A DNA stretch of 64,000 nt from Acidobacteriota bacterium (GTDB lineage: Bacteria > Acidobacteriota > UBA890 > WLXD01): assembly GCA_965205505.1 (NCBI GenBank), contig CBDBHB010000009.1, positions 160,001 to 224,000 on the forward strand, read 5' to 3'. The notes beneath the pieces are model-generated. The model was not told the DNA's origin. It searched no databases and saw nothing but the letters and a program-made list of their open reading frames with translations. Position numbers and translations under genes: made by a program. Of the stretch, positions 20,103-30,150 are shown piece by piece (position 1 is the first letter of the stretch; each line of letters opens with the position of its first letter).

Positions 20103-20250
20103 GGGGACCTCGTCGTGCAGCAGTGGCCACGATGTCGCCGTCGGACCACCAAGTATAGGCGGCCGTAGTCGGCCACCGACGACGAACGTTTTTATTTCAC
20201 CACCGGCCAGACGGAGATCGACATACGCGATCGAGCTGGGTTCGCGCTGA

Positions 20251-20295
20251 AACTGGTTCGACGAGCTGAAGCGGCTCGTGCCGACGGATCAGTAG
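20251..20295 (+). pseudogene. Extreme 3' remnant of a kinase/TolB-propeller gene
   Basis: NWFDELKRLVPTDQ*, the typical C-terminus of this family. Confidence 0.75.
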
Positions 20296-20505
20296 CGTCG
20301 TCAGGCGCCGTTCCGAACAGCGCCGTCCCCCAACGTCGTGGGTAGTTGCCATGCGTCACAGCGAGCCGTGCACGGCTCCGCAGCGGGTGCTAGGTACCAG
20401 GAGTACTTCATAGGGGCGCCGCGTTACCAGCGCAGCCTTCCCCGGTACCCGGAGCGCCGAGCCGATAGGATCGAGATGTGTTGGCGTCAACCGAGGAGGC
20501 GAGGC

Positions 20506-21000
20506 ATGCACGGCGACATCGATCGACTGGTAGGAACGTACGAGGCAGGGCACATCAGCCGGAGACGGCTGGTCACGCAGCTGAGCGCGATGACGGCGCT
20601 CGTGACAACCGTTGGTTTGGCCTCTGGTGCTCAGCCCCGGAGCACCGGGCAGGATGCCGGAGCGACATTCCAGGCTGTGGGCCTCAACCACATCGCCCTC
20701 AGTGTCGCCGACATACCGCGGTCGCGCGACTTCTACGTTCGACATCTCGGTCTGACGGTCTCGCGCGAGTCCGCCAGCAGTTGCTTCCTGGATTGCGGGC
20801 CGCACTTCGTCGCCCTGTTCCGCAGTCGCTCACCCGGTCTGAACCACTACTGTTACGAAGTCGAAGGCTACGACGTGAACGCGGCGGCGGAGACCCTACG
20901 CGCCAATGACCTGCCCCCGCGGGTGTCTGGCGGCCGCATCTACTTCGACGACCCCGACGGCCTCGAAGTGCAGCTCGCCGCGCCGGGCCATGGCGCATGA
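20506..21000 (+). CDS. VOC/glyoxalase-family protein with Tat-like leader
   Basis: ISRRRLVTQL; LNHIALSVADIPRSRDFY, GLNHYCY, IYFDDPDGLEVQL; GGAGG RBS before ATG 20506. Confidence 0.9.
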   Translation: MHGDIDRLVGTYEAGHISRRRLVTQLSAMTALVTTVGLASGAQPRSTGQDAGATFQAVGLNHIALSVADIPRSRDFYVRHLGLTVSRESASSCFLDCGPHFVALFRSRSPGLNHYCYEVEGYDVNAAAETLRANDLPPRVSGGRIYFDDPDGLEVQLAAPGHGA

Positions 21001-21057
21001 CGCACTGCAGTGGCGAAGTCTTTCGGTGACGGGTAGCCTCCGACGACGGGAGGACAT

Positions 21058-22974
21058 GTGGAACCCGGTACCCGACTAGGCCCCTACGAAATCACCGAGC
21101 AGCTCGGTGCTGGCGGCATGGGAGAGGTGTACCTGGCGCAGGACACCCGCTTGGGCCGCAAGGTGGCCATCAAGGTGCTGCCCGCCGAGTTCGCCTCTGA
21201 CCCCGAGCGCCTCGCCCGCTTCGAGCAGGAGGCCCGAGCTGCTGCTGCCCTGAACCACCCGCACATCGCAGCGGTCTTTGATGTCGGCACCGAAGACGGC
21301 ACCCACTTCATGGTGCAGGAGTACCTGGAGGGAGACACGCTGCGGGAGCCGCTACAGAGGGGTGCGTTGCCGCTCAAAAAGGCGCTCGGGTTGGCCACCG
21401 AGATCGCCGAGGCGCTGGCAGCAGCACACGTCGCCGGGATCATCCACCGGGATCTGAAGCCGGAGAACATCTTCGTCACCAAGGAGGGCCACGCCAAGGT
21501 GCTGGATTTCGGGTTGGCGAAGCTCACCGAGGTGGCCGGGGCAGGCTCTCCGGGCGGTGCGACCCAGTCACCCACCATGATGGGCACGGTGGCCGGTCAG
21601 GTGATGGGAACCGCTGGCTACATGGCCCCCGAGCAGGTTGAGGGCTCCGAGGAGATCGACCATCGGGCCGACCTGTTCTCCTTCGGCTGCGTGCTCCAAG
21701 AGATGGCCTCAGGGACGCGAGCCTTCGGTGGCAAGAACGTCACTGAGGTTCTGCATCACCTGCTCAACAGTGACCCCGAGCCGATGGCCGACGGGCTGCC
21801 GCTGAAGCTGCACTGGATCCTCGACAAGTGCCTGGCAAAGGAACCTACTCGGCGCTACCAGAATGCCGATGACCTCGTTGTTGACCTGAAGGCACTGGCC
21901 CGCGAGGTGGAGTCGGGCGCAGCACGCTCTGCGCAAGACGCCGAGGCAGGAGGGTCCGAGGATCCGCGCGGGGCGATCCTGCCCACCCGTGCGCTAGTGC
22001 CGGTCGGGGTATCCATCATCGCAACGGCGATCGTTTTCGGAGCCGCCGGGTATTGGTCTGGAGTCGGGAGCAGTGAGGGTGATGATGCAATGGGCCGGCA
22101 GGGTCAGGTCAGCACGGCAACCGAGATCAGCCTTCCGCCGGAGACCCCTCTCCCGCTCGGCGGGCGAGCCACTGAGGTGGGCTTTGACAACCCTTCGATT
22201 GCTCTTTCACCGGATGGTTCGTTGCTTGTTTTCGTCGGAATGTCCGGTGCCACAACGCAACTGTACCGGCGGGAGATGAACGGTTTCGATGTCGACGCGA
22301 TCCCCGGCACGGAGGGAGCCACTCACGCTTTCTTCTCGCCCGATGGCGAGTCTCTCGGGTTTCTCACCAATAACCAGGTGAAGAGAGCGTTGCTTCGGGG
22401 AGACCCGCCGCAGACCCTGTGTGATGCACGAAGCCCGGTTACCGCAACCTGGACCCGCAACGATGCGATCTACTACACGTCGCAACAACGGAGTCGGTTG
22501 TCGCTCGTCGAGGCCGGGGGCGGGGAATGCCGGGAAGTTGGGCCCGAAGTTGGGAGCCGCAGCTACGGCAAAGTACTGCCGGAGGGCAAATGGGCATTGG
22601 TCGGCGACAGTGACGTGCACAGCGCCGGTGACTACCGTGACATTCAACTGCTGTCGCTTGAAACCCTCGAAACGAGGCTGCTCATCCGTAATGGGTACGA
22701 CGCTCGCTACATCGGCACGGGCCACATCCTTTTTGGGCGCTCCGGAGGACTCTACGCCGTTCCCTTCGACCTCGCCGGCCTGACGGTGACGGGCGAGCCG
22801 GTGCTGGTGGCTCGTGACGTTCGCATGGACTCGTTCTTTTCCGTAATCCAGGTAGCGGCGTCTGACAACGGCATCGTTGCTTATGTGCCGGGGGGCGATG
22901 CCTCGGTCGGAAAAATGGCCTGGATTGATCGTGACGGCACAACGGAGTATCTATCTGGTCTACGTCTCTCTTAG
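21058..22974 (+). CDS. Ser/Thr protein kinase + TM + TolB-like propeller, probably C-terminally truncated
   Basis: [34 protein letters not shown]; SPDG repeats; ends mid-propeller without the YDV/LNW terminus. Confidence 0.9.
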   Translation: MEPGTRLGPYEITEQLGAGGMGEVYLAQDTRLGRKVAIKVLPAEFASDPERLARFEQEARAAAALNHPHIAAVFDVGTEDGTHFMVQEYLEGDTLREPLQRGALPLKKALGLATEIAEALAAAHVAGIIHRDLKPENIFVTKEGHAKVLDFGLAKLTEVAGAGSPGGATQSPTMMGTVAGQVMGTAGYMAPEQVEGSEEIDHRADLFSFGCVLQEMASGTRAFGGKNVTEVLHHLLNSDPEPMADGLPLKLHWILDKCLAKEPTRRYQNADDLVVDLKALAREVESGAARSAQDAEAGGSEDPRGAILPTRALVPVGVSIIATAIVFGAAGYWSGVGSSEGDDAMGRQGQVSTATEISLPPETPLPLGGRATEVGFDNPSIALSPDGSLLVFVGMSGATTQLYRREMNGFDVDAIPGTEGATHAFFSPDGESLGFLTNNQVKRALLRGDPPQTLCDARSPVTATWTRNDAIYYTSQQRSRLSLVEAGGGECREVGPEVGSRSYGKVLPEGKWALVGDSDVHSAGDYRDIQLLSLETLETRLLIRNGYDARYIGTGHILFGRSGGLYAVPFDLAGLTVTGEPVLVARDVRMDSFFSVIQVAASDNGIVAYVPGGDASVGKMAWIDRDGTTEYLSGLRLS

Positions 22975-23102
22975 TATCGCGTATTGCCACTCGCCGTCAC
23001 CCACTGCCCCGACCGCTCTGGACCCCAGTCTCGCGAGCTCCCTCCCCCCTGCTGCCCCGTGGCAGGCAGTCAATCTGGCGCCGCAGGGACGCTGCCTCTC
23101 CG

Positions 23103-23134
23103 TGGACCCTCGCACGCTCCAGCGATAGGCTTCA
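23103..23134 (+). promoter_or_regulatory. Repeated promoter-like motif preceding kinase 5' scars
   Basis: TGGACC-17nt-TAGGCT; near-identical copies at 29946-29977 and 31167-31198. Confidence 0.6.
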
Positions 23135-23164
23135 CGCGCCCGCCCATGACACATCAGGAGCGCC

Positions 23165-23272
23165 ATGGAACCCGGCACCAAACTAGGCCCCTACGAAGTC
23201 ACCGAGCAGCTCGGCGCTGGCGGCATGGGAGAGGTGTACCTGGCGCAGGACACACGCCTGGGCGTCCGTTGA
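23165..23272 (+). pseudogene. Kinase gene 5' remnant
   Basis: [35 protein letters not shown], nearly identical to the start of 21058. Confidence 0.9.
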
Positions 23273-23402
23273 TTTAAGGCGACAGTGACGGAGTTCACCT
23301 GATCGCTAGCGAAGACGCCGCCTGATCAAATCCCTCAATCGACAAACATTTGCAAATAACTCGGCTCTCACGGACTTTGCCCCTATCAGTCAGAGGAGAC
23401 GG

Positions 23403-24458
23403 ATGATGAAGGTTCTTCGCGGTTTAGGGATGCTGGTGGTTCTCGTCGTCATGGGCGCAGCTGTAGGCCAACCGATGGCCCACGCCCAGACCACCATCAA
23501 GGTCATGGTGCCAACCGGCGTCAAGGAGGAACTGGCGGATCTGGAAGCCCGGTTGCCTAACCTCGAGCTCATCGAGGCGGAACCAGAGCGTATCTTCGAG
23601 GCAGTGCCCGAGTGCGATGCGATCATCGGTCTGGTCTACGGCCAGGACGCCCGGGAGATCCTTCGTCGTGGCAAGAAACTACGCTGGGTTCACAGCACTA
23701 GCGCCGGTGTTGAAAACATTGTGCACCTGCCGGAGATGCAAAACAGCGACATCGTCTTGACCAACGCCAAGATCATCCAAGGCCCGGAGATCGCCGATCA
23801 CGTGTTCGCCCTCCTGTTGACCCACACACGCAACCTGAAGCAATTCAACCAGGCAATGAGCGACGGCTGGATGCAGGACCGCGACGATCTCCGCCTGCCG
23901 ATCATCGAACTGCGAGGCAAAACGATGCTGATCATCGGTCTGGGCGGCATCGGCACCCAGGTGGCGCAGCGCGCCGCGGCCTTCGGGATGCGTGTGCTTG
24001 CGGTCGATCCCAAGGACATCCCGTTGCGACGCGACGTGGAATACGTCGGCAAACCGGATGAGTTAAACGATCTGCTCCCAGAAGCCGACGTCGTCGTGAG
24101 CTCCGTTCCTCACACACCAGAGTCGGAGGGGATGCTTGGCAAGGAGCAGTTCGATCTAATGAAGGATGGCGTCTATTTCATCAATGTCTCGCGAGGCAAG
24201 ATCGTCCAAACCGACGCGCTGGTCGCAGCGCTGCAGTCAGGCAAGGTTCGCGCTGCCGGTCTGGATGTCACCGACCCGGAGCCGCTACCCAACGAGCATC
24301 CTCTCTGGGAGATGGGCAACGTGATCATCACGCCGCATATCGCGACCAGATCGGATCAGTTGTGGGGACGGCAGGTGAAGTTGATGCAGGCCAACATCGA
24401 ACGTTTTGTCACCGGGCAGCCGCTGTTGCATGTGGTCAACCAGGCTGCCGGTTTCTGA
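23403..24458 (+). CDS. D-2-hydroxyacid dehydrogenase family protein with signal peptide
   Basis: IIGLGGIG, INVSRG, AGLDVTDPEP, ITPHIA; leader ending MAHA-Q. Confidence 0.93.
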   Translation: MMKVLRGLGMLVVLVVMGAAVGQPMAHAQTTIKVMVPTGVKEELADLEARLPNLELIEAEPERIFEAVPECDAIIGLVYGQDAREILRRGKKLRWVHSTSAGVENIVHLPEMQNSDIVLTNAKIIQGPEIADHVFALLLTHTRNLKQFNQAMSDGWMQDRDDLRLPIIELRGKTMLIIGLGGIGTQVAQRAAAFGMRVLAVDPKDIPLRRDVEYVGKPDELNDLLPEADVVVSSVPHTPESEGMLGKEQFDLMKDGVYFINVSRGKIVQTDALVAALQSGKVRAAGLDVTDPEPLPNEHPLWEMGNVIITPHIATRSDQLWGRQVKLMQANIERFVTGQPLLHVVNQAAGF

Positions 24459-24716
24459 ACGCAGGCCCGCGCTTCCCGCCGCTCGGCGGCCGCCGTCGTC
24501 GGCCCGCAGTCATAGAACGGCCTCTGCGCCCTGCCGATACCAAGCAGGATGAAATCCGCCAGGCGAGCGTCGCGCCAGCTCTCTGGTGGCGGCTCCTCGG
24601 TCTGGACCGACCTTTACGGGTAGTTTTGGGAGATCGCGGAGCATAAACCGACCTCACGCCACCGCCGCCTTCTCGCCTGTTGTCCCCGCCCGATCTCACC
24701 GGTAGAGTCCTGCCCC

Positions 24717-24767
24717 ATGGAACCCGGCACCAAACTCGGTCCCTACGAGATCACCGAGCAGCTCGGA
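24717..24767 (+). pseudogene. Kinase gene 5' remnant
   Basis: [17 protein letters not shown] followed by unrelated sequence. Confidence 0.85.
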
Positions 24768-24880
24768 AGGACGCGACGCTCGGCTCCGGGAGAGCTGCAG
24801 CCTAGAGCCAGGCTGCCTCAGGCGCTGATAACCCGGCCAGGATCCCAAGGGCAGATTCGAGCACGATGTCCGGGGTCTCG

Positions 24881-26566
24881 TTACCAGAGCTTGTCGACCT
24901 CATCCGTGAGACCCGTCAACTCCCAGTGCGCGAGCGCGAACGGGACCAGGCCGGCGGCCAGAATCTCGTCGATCACGTCGGGCATGTTGAAGTCGTCGCC
25001 GAGCTGGTGGGCGCGGTCGGCGATGATCTTCTCGAACTGGCTTCTTCCCACCGGATACGCCACCTGATATCCGGGCGCCCTTACGGCGTCGCGCTTGTGG
25101 TTCCACATCGAGTTGCTGTCGGCAATCGCCCAGCCGTTGGGAGTCATATCGGCCTCGAACTGGTTCCAGCCGGCGTAGTCGACGGCGTTGGCAATGAACT
25201 GCAGCTCCCCCATCGCCCGGGCGCCTTCGTAGGCGTACTCGATAACCTGGAGCTCTCGGGCTCGGCGCCCCGGTCGCTCGTCGTAGACGCCGGCGTGCAT
25301 GAGCACCTCTTCCAATCCGCCGGCGAACCCCTCCCAACGGGGATGGGTCAACTCGTAGAGGCGGCGGGCGGCGCGTATCGGCGACTGAGTACCCGTCTGC
25401 CGGATGGAATCGAGCCCGTGACCGATGTCCTCGTGGATGATGTTCATCTTGGGGTTGCGGGCGATCAGGTTGGTGAAGAACGACATCGGCCGGCCCATCC
25501 ATTCCGTCGACGCCGGTATCGCCACGTCGCCGATGCGGGCGTAGGCCTCGGCGATGTCGACAAATCCTCGTTCCCGGAGGAATCGCAGCAGCTCATCCTC
25601 CGCCTCGGCATAGGTGCGCAGGTACTCGGCCGGGTCGGTGGCGGGCTGCAGCCGCGGCAGCTCGCGATTGCCGTTCTCCTCCAGCTTCAGCGCCGCCATG
25701 TTGCGGTCCCACTCGCGGCGCGCCAGGGCCCAGGCCTCGTCCCACGTGTAGGGGATCAACCAAACGTTCCTGGCCCACCAGTTGAAGTTCTCCTTGCCCA
25801 CACCTGTCGGTGCGGTCATCTGGTCGAGGTTGTCGTTGATCCAGTCGCGGTAGTCCTGCACCGCCGTAAGGGCCTGCTCCGCATGAACGACAAGCTCCGG
25901 GTGATGCTCCCTCAATCGCGGCACCAGCTCCCCCAGCAGCATGCCCTCGCGCTCCATCGAGCGGATTCCCAGCAGCGCCATGTCACGCTTGGCCTCGGCG
26001 AGGTCGATGTTGGCCTTTCCCTGCGCCAGGATCTGCGGCAATGCACGCAACCGCACGCGGTACGCCTCGATCTCGTCTTGTCGCAGCGGCAGATCGGGCC
26101 GTGCCGACAACCAGAACCAGAACCCGGGCTCGACCTTGGAGCTCGAAAAACCGTAGAAGGGCGAGCCTTTCGAGCTCGGCGAGCCCCAATAGAAATCCGG
26201 GCTGGTCGACCACGGCTTCATCACCCGGTGGTAGAACTCCAGCCCGTTCATCTCGGCGCGCACCAGGTGATAGTCCACCTGTTGCGAGATGGGCCACTCG
26301 CCGATGTCGAACGCGGCGAGGCGACGCTGGTACTCACCCAGCTCGCCATACTGGCGCTGCATGGCGGCGGCCGTATAGTCGGGAACGCCGTCGGTGACCA
26401 CCGGCTCGTGAAACACGCGAAACTCCTCGAACAGGACCACCAGATCGTCGTAGCTGCCCCCCGCGTTGCCGCTGGTGACGGCATCGTCCGCCGGGGCGCC
26501 GCAGGCCACCGCGAGCAACGACGCCAGCAGGGCGGTTGTGGCCGATGGGCGAGATCTCGCGCGCAT
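24881..26566 (-). CDS. DUF885-like lipoprotein
   Basis: GGAGG RBS, lipobox LAVAC; HEDIGH, WEGFAGGLEE, YPVG..EILAAGLVP. Confidence 0.7.
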   Translation of the reverse strand: MRARSRPSATTALLASLLAVACGAPADDAVTSGNAGGSYDDLVVLFEEFRVFHEPVVTDGVPDYTAAAMQRQYGELGEYQRRLAAFDIGEWPISQQVDYHLVRAEMNGLEFYHRVMKPWSTSPDFYWGSPSSKGSPFYGFSSSKVEPGFWFWLSARPDLPLRQDEIEAYRVRLRALPQILAQGKANIDLAEAKRDMALLGIRSMEREGMLLGELVPRLREHHPELVVHAEQALTAVQDYRDWINDNLDQMTAPTGVGKENFNWWARNVWLIPYTWDEAWALARREWDRNMAALKLEENGNRELPRLQPATDPAEYLRTYAEAEDELLRFLRERGFVDIAEAYARIGDVAIPASTEWMGRPMSFFTNLIARNPKMNIIHEDIGHGLDSIRQTGTQSPIRAARRLYELTHPRWEGFAGGLEEVLMHAGVYDERPGRRARELQVIEYAYEGARAMGELQFIANAVDYAGWNQFEADMTPNGWAIADSNSMWNHKRDAVRAPGYQVAYPVGRSQFEKIIADRAHQLGDDFNMPDVIDEILAAGLVPFALAHWELTGLTDEVDKLW

Positions 26567-26589
26567 GAGCTGCCTCCGTGTACGGTGCG

Positions 26590-26741
26590 CTAGTGTAGCC
26601 CTACGAGCCTGCGAATCGAGGCCAGGATGGCCCCGAGTCGAAGCCGACGCCTTGCTTGAAGACGAAGCGCACGTTGCGAATATGACCGTCTGTGGCTGGG
26701 TCACCGGCGAGCACCATCAGATCGGCCACCTTGCCCGTTTC
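26590..26741 (-). pseudogene. Amidohydrolase C-terminal remnant cut by an IS end
   Basis: Manual translation ETGKVADLMVLAGDPATDGHIRNVRFVFKQGVGFDS. Confidence 0.7.
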
Positions 26742-26886
26742 TGACCTGCCCCAAGTGTTTGGGCCACTCTGTAACTCATAGAACCGGTGTTGACAAGAGG
26801 TTGTTGGAGCCGGCGGAGCGGAGCGCAGCCAGTTGCAACAACGACGCTTTCGGGTGCGGGCGGCCGATAGCCCAACGAGCTGTGCC
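26742..26886 (-). mobile_element. IS3 right-end remnant (related variant)
   Basis: Encodes [13 protein letters not shown] and ends GGGGCAGGTCA. Confidence 0.85.
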
Positions 26887-26939
26887 GGGCGCTCGGAAAA
26901 TGTCCGTTCACAACGACCAACTCGAGCCCGGAGAACCCC

Positions 26940-28400
26940 ATGAGCTCCCGAGTGATTGTCCTGATGCTTTCCGTGATCCTGCCGGTGTCCAGTGCGAGCG
27001 CCCAGCAGCTACCGGCGCGGACGGCGGAGACCGACGCCGAGGCCGTTCGCCTGGCGAGAAACGACAAGCTCGACCTGATCCTGCCCGGCGCCATGCGCGA
27101 CAACGACGTCGACATGTGGATCCATGTCAGTCGGTACGGCGGCATCTTCGCGAACGGGCACGGCGACCCGATGGACCGGCACTTCGGCCGCACCTCCGGC
27201 TATCTGATGTTCACCGACCTGGGAGACCGCATCGAGCGCGCCGTGTTCGGCGACTCCGGAGCCGTCGGCAAGATCGACGTATGGGGCTCCGATGCCGTTG
27301 CCCTGGCTCTGGGTGGCTGGAACTATAACAACTCCGACCCGCGGATCGGCTACACCGTTCCCGAGGTGTACCAGGAGATCACCGATTTCGTCGCTCAGCG
27401 TGATCCGCAAACGATCGCCGTCAACACCTCCGACTGGCTCCCGCTCGCCGACGGCATCTCGCACTCCGCCTACCAACGGCTCGTGCAGATCCTGGGACCG
27501 AAATACTCCGAGCGAATCGTCTCGGCCGAGAACGTGATCACCGACTTCGTCGTCAGAAGGACCGCCAGGGAGATCTCGGCACAGGTCGAAGTTCTGGCAC
27601 TCGCCCGCCAAAGTGCCGAGCAGCGGTTGTCGCAAGTCGTGCCCGGCGTTACCACGGTCAAAGAGATCGGTGCCCGCGTCTACTACTCAGCGACCAAAAC
27701 GCCCGACGAGACGGTGCCGAACGACCCACCCGACGCCCGTTGGTTCTTTAGTGACCCCGACTACATCCTGCAGCGCGGCGATCTCTTCGCTTTCATCATG
27801 TACGCGTCCGGTGACGCGGCCGTCAAGGATGCGGACGGCTACATTGGGGGTGGCGGTCCCGGGGGCGACTACATGGGGTTCGGGGCCGATGCGAAGATTC
27901 ACGCCTACATCCTGAGGGAAGGCGAGACTGCGGTCCCTGACTTTATCCAGCGGGTCTTCGACAAGGCGATCATCGGCCGGCGGATCATGCGCGAACACAT
28001 GAAAGTCGGCATGACCGCCAAGGAGTCGCTCGACGCCATGGTCGCCGCGATGGAAGCGGCCGGCTACATCTACACGCCGTTCGTCGATATCGGCACCAAG
28101 GATTACGAGATCATCCAGCAGGCGCTCGCCAACACCGACAAGCCGGGGTTTTCCATCGACAACCATGCATCCGGCAACAGCGGCGAGGTCGGCCCCTCGA
28201 TGGCCGCGTTCCGGGCAGACACTCACCATTTGAGGATCCAGGAGAATCATCTGTTCGCGTTCGAGTACATGGTGCACATGAACATCGCCGAACGACCCGG
28301 CTACCCGCTGGCCTTCAACATCTCGAATCCGCAGGTGGTCACCAGCAGGGGCGTCGAGTTCATCCAGCCGCCGAACGAGGAGATCTTCCTGATCTACTGA
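26940..28400 (+). CDS. Exported M24 (Xaa-Pro aminopeptidase-like) family protein
   Basis: Signal ASA-Q; KLDLILPGAMRDNDVDMWI, DPQTIAVNTS..ADGISH, HAYILREGETAVP. Confidence 0.75.
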   Translation: MSSRVIVLMLSVILPVSSASAQQLPARTAETDAEAVRLARNDKLDLILPGAMRDNDVDMWIHVSRYGGIFANGHGDPMDRHFGRTSGYLMFTDLGDRIERAVFGDSGAVGKIDVWGSDAVALALGGWNYNNSDPRIGYTVPEVYQEITDFVAQRDPQTIAVNTSDWLPLADGISHSAYQRLVQILGPKYSERIVSAENVITDFVVRRTAREISAQVEVLALARQSAEQRLSQVVPGVTTVKEIGARVYYSATKTPDETVPNDPPDARWFFSDPDYILQRGDLFAFIMYASGDAAVKDADGYIGGGGPGGDYMGFGADAKIHAYILREGETAVPDFIQRVFDKAIIGRRIMREHMKVGMTAKESLDAMVAAMEAAGYIYTPFVDIGTKDYEIIQQALANTDKPGFSIDNHASGNSGEVGPSMAAFRADTHHLRIQENHLFAFEYMVHMNIAERPGYPLAFNISNPQVVTSRGVEFIQPPNEEIFLIY

Positions 28401-28533
28401 GTCTCCCCCCTCTCCGAGTTGGGTTAAGTTGACAGTGTCCGCGGCCTGTCTCGAGCCGCTGAATTGAACCGCATGTGAACGGCGGCCCTTTCTATCGGCT
28501 TCTATGAAAGCCTTTCCGGGAGAGGATTTGACG

Positions 28534-29661
28534 ATGAGACTAGAGCGCATGGGCGTGGCCCTCTTCCTCGCCGTTGGGCTGGCGATACTCCCAGCCTGCG
28601 TTGGTGAGGACCAGGCCGCACAGGAGGCGGCTATGAAGGGCGGGGACGACCGTACCGGAGGATACGATCCGGTGGCAGATTGGTGGAAGCCGGCGCCAGA
28701 CCACGACGAGGAGTGGACCTGGGGTCAGGTCTCTGGTGTGGCGGCTGACAATCCGAACCGGATTATCGTTGCAGTGTGGGGCGACCGGAACGCCGAAGGC
28801 GAAGAGCGGCCGAACAGCTCCAACTACATGGTGGTCGTCGATGGGAACGGGGACATCGTCGAGCGCTGGACCCAGTGGGACAGCATGCTCAACACTCCCC
28901 ACCAGGTCTACATCAGCCCCTACGACCCGGAGCGCCACATCTGGCTCGTCGAGCGCGGCGGAGGAACCAGAGACATCCACGAGCAGGTCATCAAGTTCTC
29001 CAACGACGGCAAACAGATCGTGATGCGGCTCATCGACCCCAACCCGCGCCAGAGCGGGGAGGAGGCACGGGCGAACAAGAACCCGGGACCGCTCGACTTC
29101 GGCCAGGCCTCGGTGATGACCTTCCTCCCGGACGGCGACTTTCTGCTCGGGGACGGTTACCAGAACGGTCGTATCGCCAGGTACAACGCGGCCGGCGAGC
29201 TCGTGTCGGAGTTCGGCTCGGTCGGGAGCGGCCCCGGACAGTTCGACCTCATCCACGGCGTCGCCGTGGACCGCGATCATCGCATCTACGTCGGCGACCG
29301 GACCAACGACCGCATCCAGGTCTTTACGGAAGACGGCGAGTTCATCGAGGAGTGGCCCGACGTCACCGATCCCGTCGGAATCTTCATCGACGAGAATGAC
29401 GCAGTCTGGGTGATTTCTGCGGCAGTGAACCGAATCCTCAGGTACAACCTGGACGGGGTCCTCCAGTACCACTGGGGTGCGTTCGGCGGGACGAGGGGCG
29501 GCTTTCCTGGTGGCCTCGCGCGTCCACACCAGATGGACGTGGACCAGGACGGCAACGTCTATGTCGCCAGCTGGGACGGCGGATGGTTGAGCAAGTTCGT
29601 TCCGAAGCCCGGGGCCGATCCCATAAAGCTCGTCGGCCGGGGATTGGTTCTCACGAACTAG
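28534..29661 (+). CDS. NHL-repeat (PAL-like) beta-propeller lipoprotein
   Basis: Lipobox LPAC; DGYQNGRI, GSGPGQFDLIHGVAVD..IYVGDRTNDRIQVF. Confidence 0.88.
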   Translation: MRLERMGVALFLAVGLAILPACVGEDQAAQEAAMKGGDDRTGGYDPVADWWKPAPDHDEEWTWGQVSGVAADNPNRIIVAVWGDRNAEGEERPNSSNYMVVVDGNGDIVERWTQWDSMLNTPHQVYISPYDPERHIWLVERGGGTRDIHEQVIKFSNDGKQIVMRLIDPNPRQSGEEARANKNPGPLDFGQASVMTFLPDGDFLLGDGYQNGRIARYNAAGELVSEFGSVGSGPGQFDLIHGVAVDRDHRIYVGDRTNDRIQVFTEDGEFIEEWPDVTDPVGIFIDENDAVWVISAAVNRILRYNLDGVLQYHWGAFGGTRGGFPGGLARPHQMDVDQDGNVYVASWDGGWLSKFVPKPGADPIKLVGRGLVLTN

Positions 29662-29723
29662 GCGTTCCGGACACGAAACCGAACGGGAGATGGAGCAAGT
29701 CCCTCGGCGCGATGAGCCGCGGG

Positions 29724-29856
29724 GGTACTGTCAAGTTAAAACTCGAAATCAGCGAGAAACGCGTGATCCATGAACCTCAAGGCCCTTGCCCTGCGGGCGT
29801 TTCACTTCCGGCCAAGAGGCCTCAGCTGTCCGTAGGCGAGTTCACCTGATAGCACC
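29724..29856 (-). repeat. MITE-like element family A (inverted copy)
   Basis: GGTACTGTCAAGTTAAAACTCGA..GAGTTCACCTGATAGCACC; the interior is the reverse complement of 31203-31332. Confidence 0.85.
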
Positions 29857-30004
29857 CTTCGTGTCTTGAAGAATAGCGTCGCTCCACGGGCCGTAGAGCC
29901 TTTCTTCGTGAAAGCTCAGCGACGGAAGCGAAACGCCCCCTCCCGTGGACCCTCGCCCACCCCAGCGATAGGCTTCAGGCGCTCACCCACCCTCTGGTAG
30001 CGCC

Positions 30005-30072
30005 ATGGAACCCGGCACCCGACTAGGCGAGTACGAGATCCTCGACCGTCTCGGTGCGGGTGGACGTGGCGA
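30005..30072 (+). pseudogene. Kinase gene 5' remnant
   Basis: [20 protein letters not shown] after the conserved promoter-like motif. Confidence 0.8.
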
Positions 30073-30150
30073 TCAGCGCGCCGCTTATGCGCGACTTCGT
30101 GGCCCGCAACGTCTATGCCACCGACTGAACCGAGAACACACACCCTGACC

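Noticed and set aside
24866-26593. Long antisense ORFs (also 52083-53711, 54795-56234, 4647-5807)
   Set aside because: Shadows of real genes on the opposite strand in high-GC DNA; no motifs.
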